A stretch of DNA of 64,000 nucleotides from Salpingoeca rosetta (GCA_033442325.1 JAWQFM010000004.1:1170693-1234692); one strand, 5' to 3'; positions 10,947-40,413 are shown, counted from the first letter of the stretch. Made by a program: numbers and translations. Notes: a model not told the origin generated them from the letters alone.

Positions 10947-11494
10947 TGTTGAGAGTCAGTGAGTTTCTGTTTTGTGTTGAGTCCTTCCTAATTTGCCTTC
11001 TCATGTGGTTTTGTCTTGTTTGCCAACAACACCTGCTTTGTGGTTTTTCCGTTGGCAAACATTCCTTCCTCTCTGCTGGCATGCATGTGTGCCAACTGCC
11101 TCTCCTCTCCTCCTTCCCCTGCACACGTGAGTTGTGTGCCATGTGTGCCGTGTGCATGCTCGTCATGCTTGGTAAATGCCATGTGTGCGTGTCATGCAGT
11201 GTTGTGAACTGTTGTCTGTTGTGTATGCTTGCCTGCAAGCATTCATGCCATGCCTAGCATTGCTCTGCGCGCATGTATGCATGCTGGTCGTTGTTTAGAT
11301 TGTTTGTGTTCGTGCACACTCTGCCCATGTCGCCTTGGCCGTTGCTGACTGTGTGTGCACTTGTCTAGTGTTTGTTTGAGCGTGCTGCCCGAGTTGATTT
11401 GGCAGCAGCTTGTTGTGCTTGTTCATTCTCCTTGTGTTCTTGTTTGTTGCGTTTGCCTACAGTAAACACACACACCACCTGTCGTGTTTCTACA
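10947..11494 (+). repeat. 3' LTR of family B (about 548 bp, TGTTGA...TCTACA)
   Basis: Starts TG directly after PPT GAGGGGGAG and ends CA where antisense family B integrase sequence begins. No second copy is in the window to confirm the end. Confidence 0.8.
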
Positions 11495-12650
11495 GGCTGT
11501 AGCGCTTGCCCGTGGGTGAGTCCGCGGTCCAGTCGACAATGTCGGCGTGGATGCGCTCGCCGGGCACCTGTGTGCGCTCCGCGTGCTTGCTGACGCTGTG
11601 ACGAGTGCTCTTGGTCACTGCGCACGTTGTACACTGCTTGCTGCTGATGGCGTTGCGATCGTCGATGCCCATCAGCTTGCAGTACTGCTGCACGTCGTTG
11701 TCGTTGCGGTGGCCAAGCACCTCATGCATCGATGGTGTCTGCACCTTGCTCTGGGCTGCAGGAGCTGCTGCGGGTTGCTGTGGTTGTTTGCAGCCATCGG
11801 CGGTGAGACCGTGTGCCGTGGATGGACCAACAGCAACAATGGGCCAGCATCGGAGGCTACTGCGCTCCTTCAGCTTGACCTCGGCTCCGTGGCTGAAGCG
11901 CACGTAGTGCCCATCAGCGCCATCACGCTGCGAGTGGCCCGTTGGCCTGCCGCTGCTGTCCCTGGTCAGACGACCGAGGGCGATGAGGTTGGCCTGGCCC
12001 TCGGGCACGTAGAGGCACTCCTGTAGCACAATCTGCATCGTAGCTCCGCTCGTCGTGCGTGCATGCAACAGCACAGAGCCAACACCGCGCACGGGCACAC
12101 GTGTGCCGCCAAACGCAGTGATGTGGCGTGGATGGTGCTGTTGCAGGTGCGGTGACAGCTCCACGAAGGCGTCCTTGACGAAGGTGAGGTGGTGTGAAGC
12201 ACCCGTGTCTGCAAGCCACGTGAGTGGGTCATGCAGCTGCGTGGGTGTAGCTGTGGTAGCGACGAAGGTTGCTGCGTCTTGACCATGTTGATGCTGTGCC
12301 TGTGCAGTGAAGCCTGTTGCTCCGTTGTCGCGTTGCTTCTTGCGACACTCTGCTGCACGGTGTCCATACTTGCCACAGTAGTGACAGTTGCCACGGAAGC
12401 GGCGCCCCTTGCCGTTGCCGTTGCCGTTACCGCCGCCGTTGTTGCGTCCCTGGCGTCCGTGGTTGTTGCTGTTGTTGGAGAAGCCGCGTCTTCCACCTCT
12501 GCGTGGCGGTGCGCTTGCCATGAAGCCGCCTGCCTGCGGCTGTGTGCGTGAACCACGCATCTGCTGCTCCAACTGCTGCAGCCTGATGCTGAGCTCGAGG
12601 AGGGAGGGAAAGCGGCCACTGGCAAAGTAGGGAAGCGTGAGCGGGGCTGT
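11495..12650 (-). mobile_element. Family B copy 2, antisense gag-PR-pre-integrase fragment, 5'-truncated
   Basis: Reverse complement of about 1557-2672 and beyond with few differences (ORF 11490-12572). Homology stops abruptly at 12650 with no LTR. Confidence 0.93.
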
Positions 12651-12832
12651 GAAGTCCTCACCACAGCGTCCACTTTCAGTTCCGTGTTATTGCCCCCGCT
12701 GCGTGATAATTTTCGTTGTTTTGACCACCATGTGAAGCAATTAATCAATGCTTGTTTACTACAGGTGTCTTCTGTGTTTCAATTCAAGCATTGCCACACC
12801 GTGCATGCACACACAAACATCAATCACATCCA

Positions 12833-17546
<4,714 letters not shown>

Positions 17547-17720
17547 GTTGTTGTTTGTTGTGATCGTTGGCGTTGACTTGCTGAAAATCGGGTATATTTT
17601 ACGTCAATTATCCACAATGCGGTGTTTTGCAAGGAGGGACAAGCAAGCAAGAAAGAAAAAACCGCGCGGAAAACAAATACACATACACACACACACACAC
17701 CCCCCCCACACACACACCAG

Positions 17721-17833
<113 letters not shown>

Positions 17834-17844
17834 CACACATGTCC

Positions 17845-19503
17845 TCAGCGAAAGCGGTCCTTGCCGAGTGGCTGTGGTGTATCGCGCAGGGACGAGGCGC
17901 GCTGCTGCTGGCGGTATCGTCGTTGGCGGCCGTGTTCATGTGGGCCTCCAACAGGCTCACCGTGGTGTCCAGATCCACGCGAGTCCACGCTGGAAGAGCG
18001 CGCACTGCGTGACGCAGGGGACGGTTGTAGCTCTCGCCGGTGTGGCAGGCGTTGAGGCGACGGCGTGTGCTGCTGCTGCTGCTGCTGCTGTCGACGGCGT
18101 CGTGGCTCGTGCATTGCGCCCCTAACATCATCAGCGGCAGCAGCATCGTTGGCGCCAACAGCGGACAGGATCGAGTCCATGACGTACTCCTGGGGCACAG
18201 TTGCGGGGCGCACCGCCTGCCTCCTCCCGCCGCGGACCACCGGATTCGTTGGTCTGCGTCGCCGCCGCTTCTGTCGCTTGCGGCGCTTCGGCCGCGACGC
18301 AGATGAGGCGGGCATTGCTGCGTCGCCATCGTCGGCTTCGCCGGTGCCCTGCGCCTTCTCCGCTTTCTTCGCATCGTCCTCCATTGCCGAAAGAATGGAC
18401 GACATGAGGCGTGGCGGCGGCACTGCCTCAGCGCGCGCCACCAACACCCCGCGCAGGGCAACGGGCGCTCCTGAAGGGGACGGAGGCCTTGGGGACGGCA
18501 CAATTGACGGGAGCCGGGGCGCAGGTGGCGGGGACAGGGCAGCCTCTGCTGCCGTGGACAGATCGGAGGAGGATGAAGACGGCGCGCGTGAGCACGAAAG
18601 CGCACACGAGGGGAGTGAGGGCGATGACGGCTGGTAGAAGGACACGAATGCTTGTCGCCCAAGCCTGTCATCATCGTCATCATAGTCACCATCACCGTCA
18701 TAATCATGACCGCCACCACCGCCACCGCCATCATCATCATCATCATCATCACTGCCATCGTCAAAGTCATCATCAGCGACAGCACTTCCATGGTCACTTC
18801 CAAAATCACCACAAGCAGCACGATCATCGTGATCAGCATAGGTTGATCCAGTCACCCCAGACAGCGACGTCAGCGTGGCGGTTGCAGTTCCTGCACGGCT
18901 GGGCAGCTGCTGCGTGTTGGCTGCGTGCAGTGCTCCCTCGTAGTGCTGGGGCGGGCCGGCAAAGTGCAACTCATCGCGCGGGACGCGGCCGACCGAGAAG
19001 CGCGCACGGAACGGTTCTCCATCATCCTCATCGCCCGTGCTGTCTTCGTCGCTGTCACCCCCATCATGGCCATGGAAGTCAAAGCGGCCATGGGGGGACC
19101 AAGCAGCGCCATCATCGCCGTCCGCCCCAGCTGCGAGCTTCTTCGCGCTCTTCTGGCGGGCAGACAGTGTCTGTGGTTGAGGTGGTAGCTGTAGCTGCTC
19201 CTCTTCGCCTTCTTCGTCGCTGTCGTTGGCTTGCGCGCGAACGCGGAACACTTCGCACTGATGCCCGCATCGCCCATCAGGGCACCTGTGGTGCTTGGAG
19301 AACCACTCGTACATGTGGTGGGCGTGGCCGCCGTGGCCGCACCAGCACCACACCAGCAGCGACGTCACAGGCAGGCGGCAGATGGCGCACACAACTGAAG
19401 CAAACGCACAAAGAATGACACGTGACATGTGCACGAGGGAGATGTGAGCGGCAAGCATGCGTGGAATGTACACACGTGTGCAAGTGGGGGGGGGGGTGCT
19501 TGC

Positions 19504-19566
<63 letters not shown>

Positions 19567-20157
19567 TGCATGCGTGTGTGTGAATGTGTGTGTGTGTGCT
19601 TGTGTGTGTGAATGTGCATGCGTGTGTGTGAATGTGTGTGTGTGTGCTTGTGTGTGTGAATGTGCATGTGTGTGAATGTGTATGCATGTGTGTGAATGTG
19701 TGACTGTACCTGGTTTGTTGCAGGAGCGGCAGGGTTTGCCTGGTGGGATGGATTCGTTGCAGCGCCCGCAGACGGACTGATAGACAATGTCGCGCTGGTG
19801 GTCATTCGTGATGCTCCTCAGCCCGCACGCACGCAGCACTTGCGCCCTGTCAACCATGAACAGCAACAGGCGAGAGAGTGAGTGCGTGCGAGGTGTGAGT
19901 ATGTGTGTGCGAGAGCGTGTGAGTGTGTGCAACTGTGTATGTCTGCGTACAATTTTGTATCTCTGTGCGCGTGTGTGTGGGTGGAAGGAATGGCAGCAGT
20001 GACCTGTAACGCACCGCCTGAACCACATGTTGAATCTGGCGAGGATGTCGACGTATGCGGAAAACCACTCCTCCAGCACGTGAGCCGGCACAACGTCCCG
20101 CGCAATTGGCCCAATCGCAAGCACCATCGTGCACGCCCTGGCATGCAAAGCAAAAGC

Positions 20158-20189
<32 letters not shown>

Positions 20190-23100
20190 CGTCGTCTCGT
20201 TTAGTCTTGCATCAGACAGAACACGCCAGGCAACGCCAAAACAGCAGTGTGTGCAATGTTGCTCAAGTGATGTGTCGTGCTGCTGCTGCTGTTGTTGTTG
20301 TTGTTGGATGCATTGTGCTTGGTGTGGAAGTGCGCAGCGACTGACATGATGACGTTTCCGGTTTCGACGTAGTACTCCATGGTCTCGTAGAGGAGGTGTG
20401 TCAGGTCTGGCGACTCGAGGTGGATGGCGTGCAAATGGATGGCGTCCTGCTGGTCGTCGCCGCCGACGTCGCTGGCAACACCTGCAGCAGCAGGAACGGC
20501 CGAAGGTGATGCGCACGGGAGGATGAGTAAGGATATGGAGAGGGAGGAGGAAAGACAACAGTAGGCGCGCAATCAACACAAGAACGTATGGAAGGATAAC
20601 CATGCATACACAACCAGACAAATTGACAACGAGATAAACGAGGCAACCAAATCAGTTAAATTTCCTCGCCACGACAAGCAATGCACAAGAGCTGCAAGAC
20701 CGCAATCCATGCTATGCTCTGTGGTTGCGAGGTGGTCTGGCTCACCTGCATCTGCATCCTGCAGCGGCACTTCCGGCGCGACGTCGGTGACAATCTGTTG
20801 CTGGAGGGAGACGAGCGGCTCACGCTGAGCGGGCGGAGCACCGCCGTCCTCTGGGAACGGAAGGGTGGCCGTGTCCATGCCAATGTCGAACCGCGAAGAA
20901 GCACCTTTCTTCCGCCAGTTTCTGCTCAACCACGCACCACACATCATCACACAGCACACGGCACGCAGCACATGCACAAAGTGAGAGGAGACATTCAGGA
21001 ACGGAATACCTGTACGCAGACACGTCAGTGTGCCGAGGCGGACACACGCAATCACAAGCACAAGCGCAATCACAATCGCAAGCACAAACACAAAAACAGG
21101 AGCAGGAGTGCATACTTCATGGGTGTTTTTTTCTTATCCTTCTCGTCCTTCTTCTCGTCCTTCTTCGTATGCTTCTTCGTATGCTGCTGCTGCTGATGAT
21201 GATGATGTTCTTCCTTGCGCTCGTGTTTGTCAGCTGCGGTCGCGTTGCCTGCCCGAACCCCATCGCGATCACCAGTCCCGCTTTCATCGCCATCATCATC
21301 GTCGTCATCGTCGTCGATGTCGTCGATGTCGTCGTAATCGCATATGCGAAGAAGCCGCGCAGCGCCACCATTGTCATCACCACCATTATCAGCATCAGCA
21401 TCAGCGCGCTCCAACGCGGCTGCCATGTCGTCATCTTCAACACCGTCGTGGTGGACGTACACGCCGTCCTGCACGCGTACGGTGCCCGTGTACCCACTCT
21501 TCGGCGTTGGCGAGGGCAGCCGTTTGTTCAGCTCCCGCTCCTCCCAGGCCTTGCGTGCAGCTTCGCGCTCGTTGTGGCGCCTCTTCGCCTCCACCCTCCG
21601 CCAGTACTGGCGGTCTCTCTTCCGCTCAATCGCGCGCCTGTACTCCATGTACCGCATGCGCTCGGGACCAGACAGCTGCCACCACTGCTTCCGCGGCGGC
21701 GCAGGCTTCTCCTCCGGTGACGTCGACGGCCCCTCGTGCTGCAGGAACGAACAGCACATCAGCCACGTCTGCTCGCAGGATGGTCGGGCCATGTGCAAGA
21801 GAGTGAGTGTGTGAGTGAGTCAGGGAGTATTTGGATGAGTGAGGGGTTGAGCCATTGTGGCCAAGTGAGTGAGCAAGTGAGGCAGTGAGCGGGTGAGTGA
21901 GCAAGCGAGTCAGCAAGTAAGTGGGTGAGTGGGTGACCGGTTCGCATGGTTTCACGAGAATTCCCAAAGACCACCCGAACACAGAGCAGCAGGCGTTCCC
22001 CTGCCGTTGCAAGAGCAGTGTCACCTGCGCCTCGTCGTACACGCCGGCTGTGCGGGCGACGACGGCGTTGTGCATGCAGACGGCGGCGGTGTTGCGCCCG
22101 GAGATGGCGTAATTCTCCAGCAGATACCGCACAAGCGCCGTCTCCTCGTCAACCATGTCAAACCTGCAGCGGCACAACCGGAGATGGTGTGTGTGTGTGT
22201 GTTTAAGTGTGTGTGTGTGTGTGTCTGGCTCTCTTCTTCTTCACGAGCACATTGGTGCGGTCACCATCGCAAGCACAATCTCACTTGACGAAGCGAGCCT
22301 GTGATTTCCGGGAGCCGAGGACCACCGTCTGTTGTTGCTCTTCATCATCTTCATCATCGTGTTGCTGTTCACCCTCTCCATCATCATCATCATCATCATC
22401 ATCAGCCACTTCTTCCTCGTCTTCTGATGGCGACAGTGATCGAGGGTTGCTGATGGGGGCGATGGCGGTTGTCATACGTGGATGGTGGTGTTGTGGTGGT
22501 GAGAAAGCGGCAAAGCACAAGGAGGCAGAATGGGAGGTATGGACAGGTGGACATGCCAGCACAGGCAAATGTGAGCGCCATTACACTGCGTGGTCTGCCA
22601 CTCACTAGAATTCAAATGCCTCTCGCGGAGAGTACACGACACCGCGTGCCCTGCAACACCAGCAATGGCGACGCAACACGTTGCATGTGAGCAGGTGCAA
22701 TTGTGCAACCAAGCAAAAAACGCAAGCACAGCCGAGAAAAGGCGTGCACACGCATCATACGCGCATCACACACACACATCACACACGCGGCACACGCAGC
22801 ACACACGCAGCACACACGCAGCACACGCAGCACACACGCAGCACACATGCATGCAGCAGCGCGAGTCATTGCGCGTGTGTATGCACGCACGCACATGGTT
22901 TCCAGCCTGTTGTGGACTTTGTACGAGGCGGGGATCACCTCAACACAGAGCTTGTCCTTGAGCGTCTTGGCGTGGGACGGCCCACGGCGCTGCAGTCGCA
23001 CGAATGAACATACGTGATGACATCGGGGCGGTGCGGGCACGAAGCAGTGGAGAAGAGGGTGCACAATTAAAAGCCAAGCACACCAATAAAGGAACAAGGT

Positions 23101-23581
23101 AGTGGGCACACGAGCTAAAATAAGGTAAACAACAATGGGAGCCAACCACATCGAAAGATGCAGACACGCACACATACACACACATACGTACATGCACACG
23201 CACATACACATGCACACACACACACGCACGCACACACGCACATACGCACCTTGACGGTGATGCTTGCGCTGAAGAGGAAGACGTTACGCGGGCAGTGGGG
23301 AAGAAAGCACATGTGTTTGTAGTCCCTCGGGGCATTCGCGGACATGCCACCAAAGGTGACGAGCGGAACACCGGACCGCAGCGACCATAGCACGAGCTGG
23401 TGCTTCTCCGCCACGCACAGGCTGTGACACACAACGCAGACGCAGGGAGGGACGCAGTGCAGTGGACAGGAGAGAAGTGAGCACGCCATGATGGAGCCGC
23501 GAACACGTGTGTGTCTGTGAGTGTGTTTGTGTGTTTGTTTGCTTGTTTGTGTGTGTCTGTGTGTGTGTCTGAGAGAGAGAG

Positions 23582-23623
<42 letters not shown>

Positions 23624-26501
23624 GCAAGGTTTGATTCAAGTTTGGCGCGGGGAGGGCAGTGGACATAGCAAGGCAAACCTGATGAATGTTGAGGGTGTTT
23701 GCCAGGCAACTTGCAACACCTGTGCATGCACGCGAATAGGGACCGAATGAATGAGTGGGTACTCTTTCATCAACGACGAAGCAAGCCAGAGGGCAGAGTG
23801 TAACACACATATACATACACGTATGCACACACATGCCATGCGAGAACCATGAGCACGGACGTTTGTTGGCTCTGAGACGCGGGCGACGACGGGAGAGGGT
23901 TCGTTTGGGCGCCCGATTTTCCTATCAAAGGAGCGGCGGTGACGGTGGTGGTGACAGTGGTGGTGAGCAGTTGATGCACAGACAGATGGGGATTGGACGG
24001 ACGATCACATCGACATACAAACAATGCATAGACACCCAACAAAAACAAGCAAACAAAGACACAGAGACAAATATACACGCACATGCACACACACACACAC
24101 AAAGACACCTGCACACACAAATATAGACATAACAAAACTACTTGCACACGTGCAACGCACCAGACGACGATGCGTTTCGCTGCGCAGGCTGCGAGGTGGC
24201 CGCTGTCGGGGGCCCAGGCCAGGGACTGCACCTTCTCTGCCACAGCAGCAGGCTCGAGGTTGGTGCTGGTCAGGTTACCTTGCAGCGTGTGCACCGTCAC
24301 GCCGCCTTTGTCTGTGCCAACAGCCACGTGCGCCCCTCTTGCACTGATGGCCATCTGAAGTTTGTGTTGTGGACGGGAATGAGGTGATGGGGGAGATAAT
24401 AGACGGGGGAGATTAGAAACGTGATCGTGATGGCGCATCAACACGACACAACACACATACGCAAGTAGAGTTCGAGCAAGCGCACTAACACTGGACAAAC
24501 GCACGCACTCGGTCGTTGTGGGGGGGGGTAACAAGCGGCACACACACACATTCACATACACACACATTCACATAAACATTCACACACACACACACACACA
24601 CGCAAACACACACACACACACGCAAACACACACACACACACACACGCAAACACACGCAAACACACACGCAAACACACACATGCACACACACACACACGCA
24701 AACACACATGCACACAATTAAGAGGCTCACAGTTGTAATGTCGGTCTTGCTGCCAATGACGCGCATGCATGCGGTGCCCTGCCAAAGCTTGACCTCACCG
24801 CAGCGGGAGGCGGAGATAAACTCGTCGCCCTTGCCCGGTATGTGCCCGACGGCTGTGATCATCGACGCGTGCGGCCGTCGGAACGATGTCACAGACTGGT
24901 GGTGGTTCGCAGTGGCATGGGGAAGTTGTGATGGGTGATGCAATTGATGAGGAGGAGGATGCAATTGATGATGGTGATGGTGGTGGTGAGTGGTGATTGT
25001 GAACGAGGGGAAATGGGGCAAGGGGCGGACACGAATTAAGCCGCATGCGTTGACCAAGCGTGACGTGCAGGTGATGGCGCGTTGGCAAGAGCACGGTGGT
25101 GGGCACATTTGTTGTGGCTGACCAGGGAATCGGGGCGGTTGGGGTCTTCCTTCAGCCGGTAAAGCTTCTGCCTTGCACTCATCACAACCGACAGCTCATC
25201 TGGCACAGCAGCATATTAACATGAGGACAGTGGCGCGCGTAACCGGGGTTGACAGATAAAACCACAGACACACAACAAGCACAGAAATGGACAGAAGTAC
25301 AGTTGAACACACACACACACACACACACACACACCAACAAGCATACATACGCACACACAGATGGGAAGGTAAACACCAGCTCACATACTACAGCCCCTCA
25401 CACACGCACACACACACGCGCGCGCGTGCGTGCATCTCCTCCAAGCGTACCGGAAACAAGGCAGGTGATGCCCGAGACGTATGCCCTGGGGAGCGTGGCT
25501 GGAAGGTTGTAGTGCTTGACATGACGCTGCTGATCCTCCCACGTGAACACGTGCAACCCTGAAGCGGTGATGCGTGTGATGTGGAGAATACAAGTGAGTT
25601 CACACAAGCAACAGAGGCATAGCACACAGACACACACACATACACACACACACACAACAAGCGCGCACACACACACACAACAAGCGCGCACGCAAACACA
25701 CACACACACACACACACACAAGCAAGTGGTGTGAGGCTGCGTACGTTTGTGATCGACGACGACAACAGCAGCCTTGCCCGGAACAGCAGCAATGTGCACG
25801 GGTGCGCTTCCAACATCGATGGCCTGGTTTGGCAGGAGTTGAGTGACAATCTCTGGTGGCGGGGTTGGCAGACGCGGCGGAGGTGGAGGTGGTGGAGGCG
25901 GTGGCGGGGGAGGCGGTGGCGGAGGAGGTGGAGGTGGCGGTGCTCGCTTGTCCACCAGGACAACACCCCCTGGCATGTCCAGCGTGGATGTTCGCAGCCC
26001 GCCCGAGGACGGTAAGTAGTCATCCACAACAATCGCTGTGGAGGAAGCAGAAGACGGCAATGGGGATGGAGCTGAGCCCACAGCTGCTGCTGTTGTGGTG
26101 GTCGGTGTCATTGTTGACGACAGCTGATGATGTGACGGTCGCACCGATGATGGTGTCGCTGGAGATGGGCGGTCTTCTGCAGGGACAGTGGTTGGTGCGC
26201 TGCTGTGTGTGGTTGTGGGCGTGCGTGTCGCCGTCGTCGCACCCGTTGTTGTTGTTGCTGATGATGAAGTGGATGGAGGGGTGGTTGTGGCGCCCGTGTG
26301 TGGTGTTGCTGCGGTCGTCGACGGCGCCAGTCTTGGTGGGACACCCATCCTCGTGGCTCTCGCTGTGCCCGTGTCTGTGGTGGCACCGGCATCATCGCTC
26401 ACACGCCTGCTTCCACCACCACCACGGCCACCACGACCAGTGTCACGGCTGTCACCGCCACTCCCGCCAGCAGCACGGCCACTTCGTTTGCGGCGACTCA
26501 T
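17845..26501 (-). CDS. WDR24: GATOR2 subunit WDR24/SEA2-like (WD40 + solenoid + Zn-finger/RING), multi-exon, with low-complexity extensions
   Basis: WD40-like exons; [21 protein letters not shown]; [25 protein letters not shown]; [26 protein letters not shown]...[10 protein letters not shown]. Start and stop are approximate. Confidence 0.8.
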
Positions 26502-26942
26502 ATCTCTTTGTGTGTCGCGCTGTCGTGAATGCACGCAAACGAGTTTGTCTTGTTTTTGTGCAGGGTCAGACCGGTCACCTGATTTGGGAAATTTGATCTA
26601 AATTATCCACCATTTTTCCAGCCAAAGTGAAGCCAAGGGGGAAGAGGACGCTTCGAGCCACAAGCACCCAGCCACAAGCAGCCAGCCAGCCACCTTCTCT
26701 CCAACTCCAACCCCAGCTCCTGCTCCTGCTCTCAACCTGTCCCCACCCACCCCCCTCTACAACTGTCATCGATTGCGCCATCTTGCTCCATCTCGGACCC
26801 ACCCCCTTATCTGCACACGAAAGCGCCCTTCGATCCGTCGTCTTTGTGTGTGTGTGTGTGAGTGTGTGAGTGTGTGAGTGTGTGGCTTGGTAGAGTTCCA
26901 ACGCACCAGAACCAACCAAACGGAGGCAACGAACAGCCAGCC

Positions 26943-33427
<6,485 letters not shown>

Positions 33428-33779
33428 GACGTCGTCGCTCTGTTGGCGTTTGCGTTGTTTCTCATGTCGTTCGCGTGTTTGTTGGCTTCCGTTCCTGATG
33501 CCCACATGTGCTGTGGTTTGCCTTCTTTGTTCCTAAATCAAGTGTCACGCCAAAGTCACGTTTTCCTGCTTGGGTGTCACGTTCTTCCTCCCCTCTCTTC
33601 CTACATTTTGATTGCCGCCTTAAAGTGCCCCCCACAGAGTCAGCTGTGCTTGTTGTCATCGCTGTGTTGTTGAAGGTGAGGTGAGGTTGTAGTTGTGGCC
33701 TCCTTCACACGTTGTGTGTGCGTGTGTGTGCGTGCGTCTATGTGTTTAATCAACCAGAGAACGATCCAACATCGCAAGT

Positions 33780-33844
<65 letters not shown>

Positions 33845-33963
33845 AGCTGAAGTGACGAGGGAAGTGCCTCACAAGCAGACGGACAGTCAGACAGTCAGAC
33901 AAACACAACACACAACGCACACAGCAACAACACCAACACAATAACTCAACACGAACAACAGTG

Positions 33964-39285
<5,322 letters not shown>

Positions 39286-39587
39286 GATGTCAAACTTCCA
39301 GCAGACCAGCAAGCAGACCAGCAAGCAAGCAAGTAAGGCAAGCCACTGCCTTCTTCTCTTCCTCCCCTTCAGCCTTTTTGTTTGTGTTTGTGACTGATTT
39401 CAGTGTGTGCAGGCAAAACCATAAGCAGCTCTGACACATCAACATCAACAACAAGCAAGCATTTGGCCCACACACCCTTTCACTCGCTGACACACACAAC
39501 CTCCTCATTTCCTCCTCCACCCATCCATCCGTCCGTCCGTCCATCCGTCCGTCCGTCCGTCCATCCATCGTTTGTGTCGACAACGCG

Positions 39588-40337
39588 ATGGCGTACCATC
39601 ACCAACAACAGCAAGAGCTCAAGCCATGCGTGGATGCGAGCTGGTTTGTGGAAAGCGTGCCTGAGCGCTTCATGTGCCCCATCTGCCATGACGTGATGGT
39701 GCAGCCAACACAAGGGCCGTGCCAGCACGAGTTTGGCCACCAGTGCATCCGTGCGTGGATCAAAGATCACCCTTGCTGTCCTGTTTGCCGGGACCCGCTG
39801 ACCACCTCCATGCTCACGCCCGCACGGCTCATGCGCGAGCTGGTGGAGGAGCTGCCGCTCCGCTGCAAGTTCCACAACCACGGCTGCCAGGCGCGCATCA
39901 CCTTGGCTTCGGCGGACGCCCACCTGCGAGACCAGTGCACCGTCATCGAGTGCACCATGCCAGAGTGCCCTGAAATCGTGCTGCGCGAGCACCTCGCGGA
40001 CCACCTGAAAGTCTGTCCGCACAACCCGGGGGCGCACGCCGCACGTATGAAGACGCTGGAGCAGCAGCAGCAGAACATGCGGGTGGTGCTGTTTGAGAAC
40101 CTGCGCTCGGGCGTCGTGGATCCGCTCGTATCCGTGCACAAGCGCCTGGTGCAGAGCCAGGTGCGCATCCGTACCTTTGAGCAGACGCTTGACGAGATCT
40201 CCATCCCTCGCGATGACGACGTGGCGCGGTCGAAGCGGAAGGAGCTGCTCCGTGTCCTGGGCCAAACCGAGGCCGCCATCGACACGCTCGCCAAGTCCAT
40301 CAGCTCCTTCAAGGCGCACTGCCCCAGCAACGCTTGA
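39588..40337 (+). CDS. Intronless RING + TRAF/SINA-type Zn finger protein with BAG-like C-terminus (249 aa)
   Basis: CPIC..CQHEFGHQC..W..CPVC RING; CKFHNHGC..H..QC and CTMPEC..H..VC Zn fingers; C-terminal LDEISIPRDDDVARSKRKELL. Confidence 0.85.
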   Translation: MAYHHQQQQELKPCVDASWFVESVPERFMCPICHDVMVQPTQGPCQHEFGHQCIRAWIKDHPCCPVCRDPLTTSMLTPARLMRELVEELPLRCKFHNHGCQARITLASADAHLRDQCTVIECTMPECPEIVLREHLADHLKVCPHNPGAHAARMKTLEQQQQNMRVVLFENLRSGVVDPLVSVHKRLVQSQVRIRTFEQTLDEISIPRDDDVARSKRKELLRVLGQTEAAIDTLAKSISSFKAHCPSNA

Positions 40338-40413
40338 TATCCGGTGTAATGTAACTTGAAGGCCGTACAGAACAGGAGGGTGCAAGAAATCCCTTCCTTT
40401 ATTTGACTCGTAC

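Larger units (their letters stand above)
1336..11494 (+). mobile_element. Ty1/copia family B, copy 1, interrupted by family A insertions (segments 1336-3013, 3051-4367, 10028-11494)
   Basis: Gag knuckle CHYCGKYGHRAAEC, protease WLADTGASHH, pre-integrase HEVLGH..CTTC, integrase (QTDSDAIF, QNGIVER), RT (KARWVAKGFSQ, YGLKQAGR, YVDD), RNase H after 10028, PPT 10938-10946 and LTR from 10947. Confidence 0.93.

Noticed and set aside
19255-22160. Assignment as WDR59 or MIOS instead of WDR24
   Set aside because: The [19 protein letters not shown] and CGHQC patterns fit WDR24 better and no RWD domain is evident. Not tested by phylogeny.
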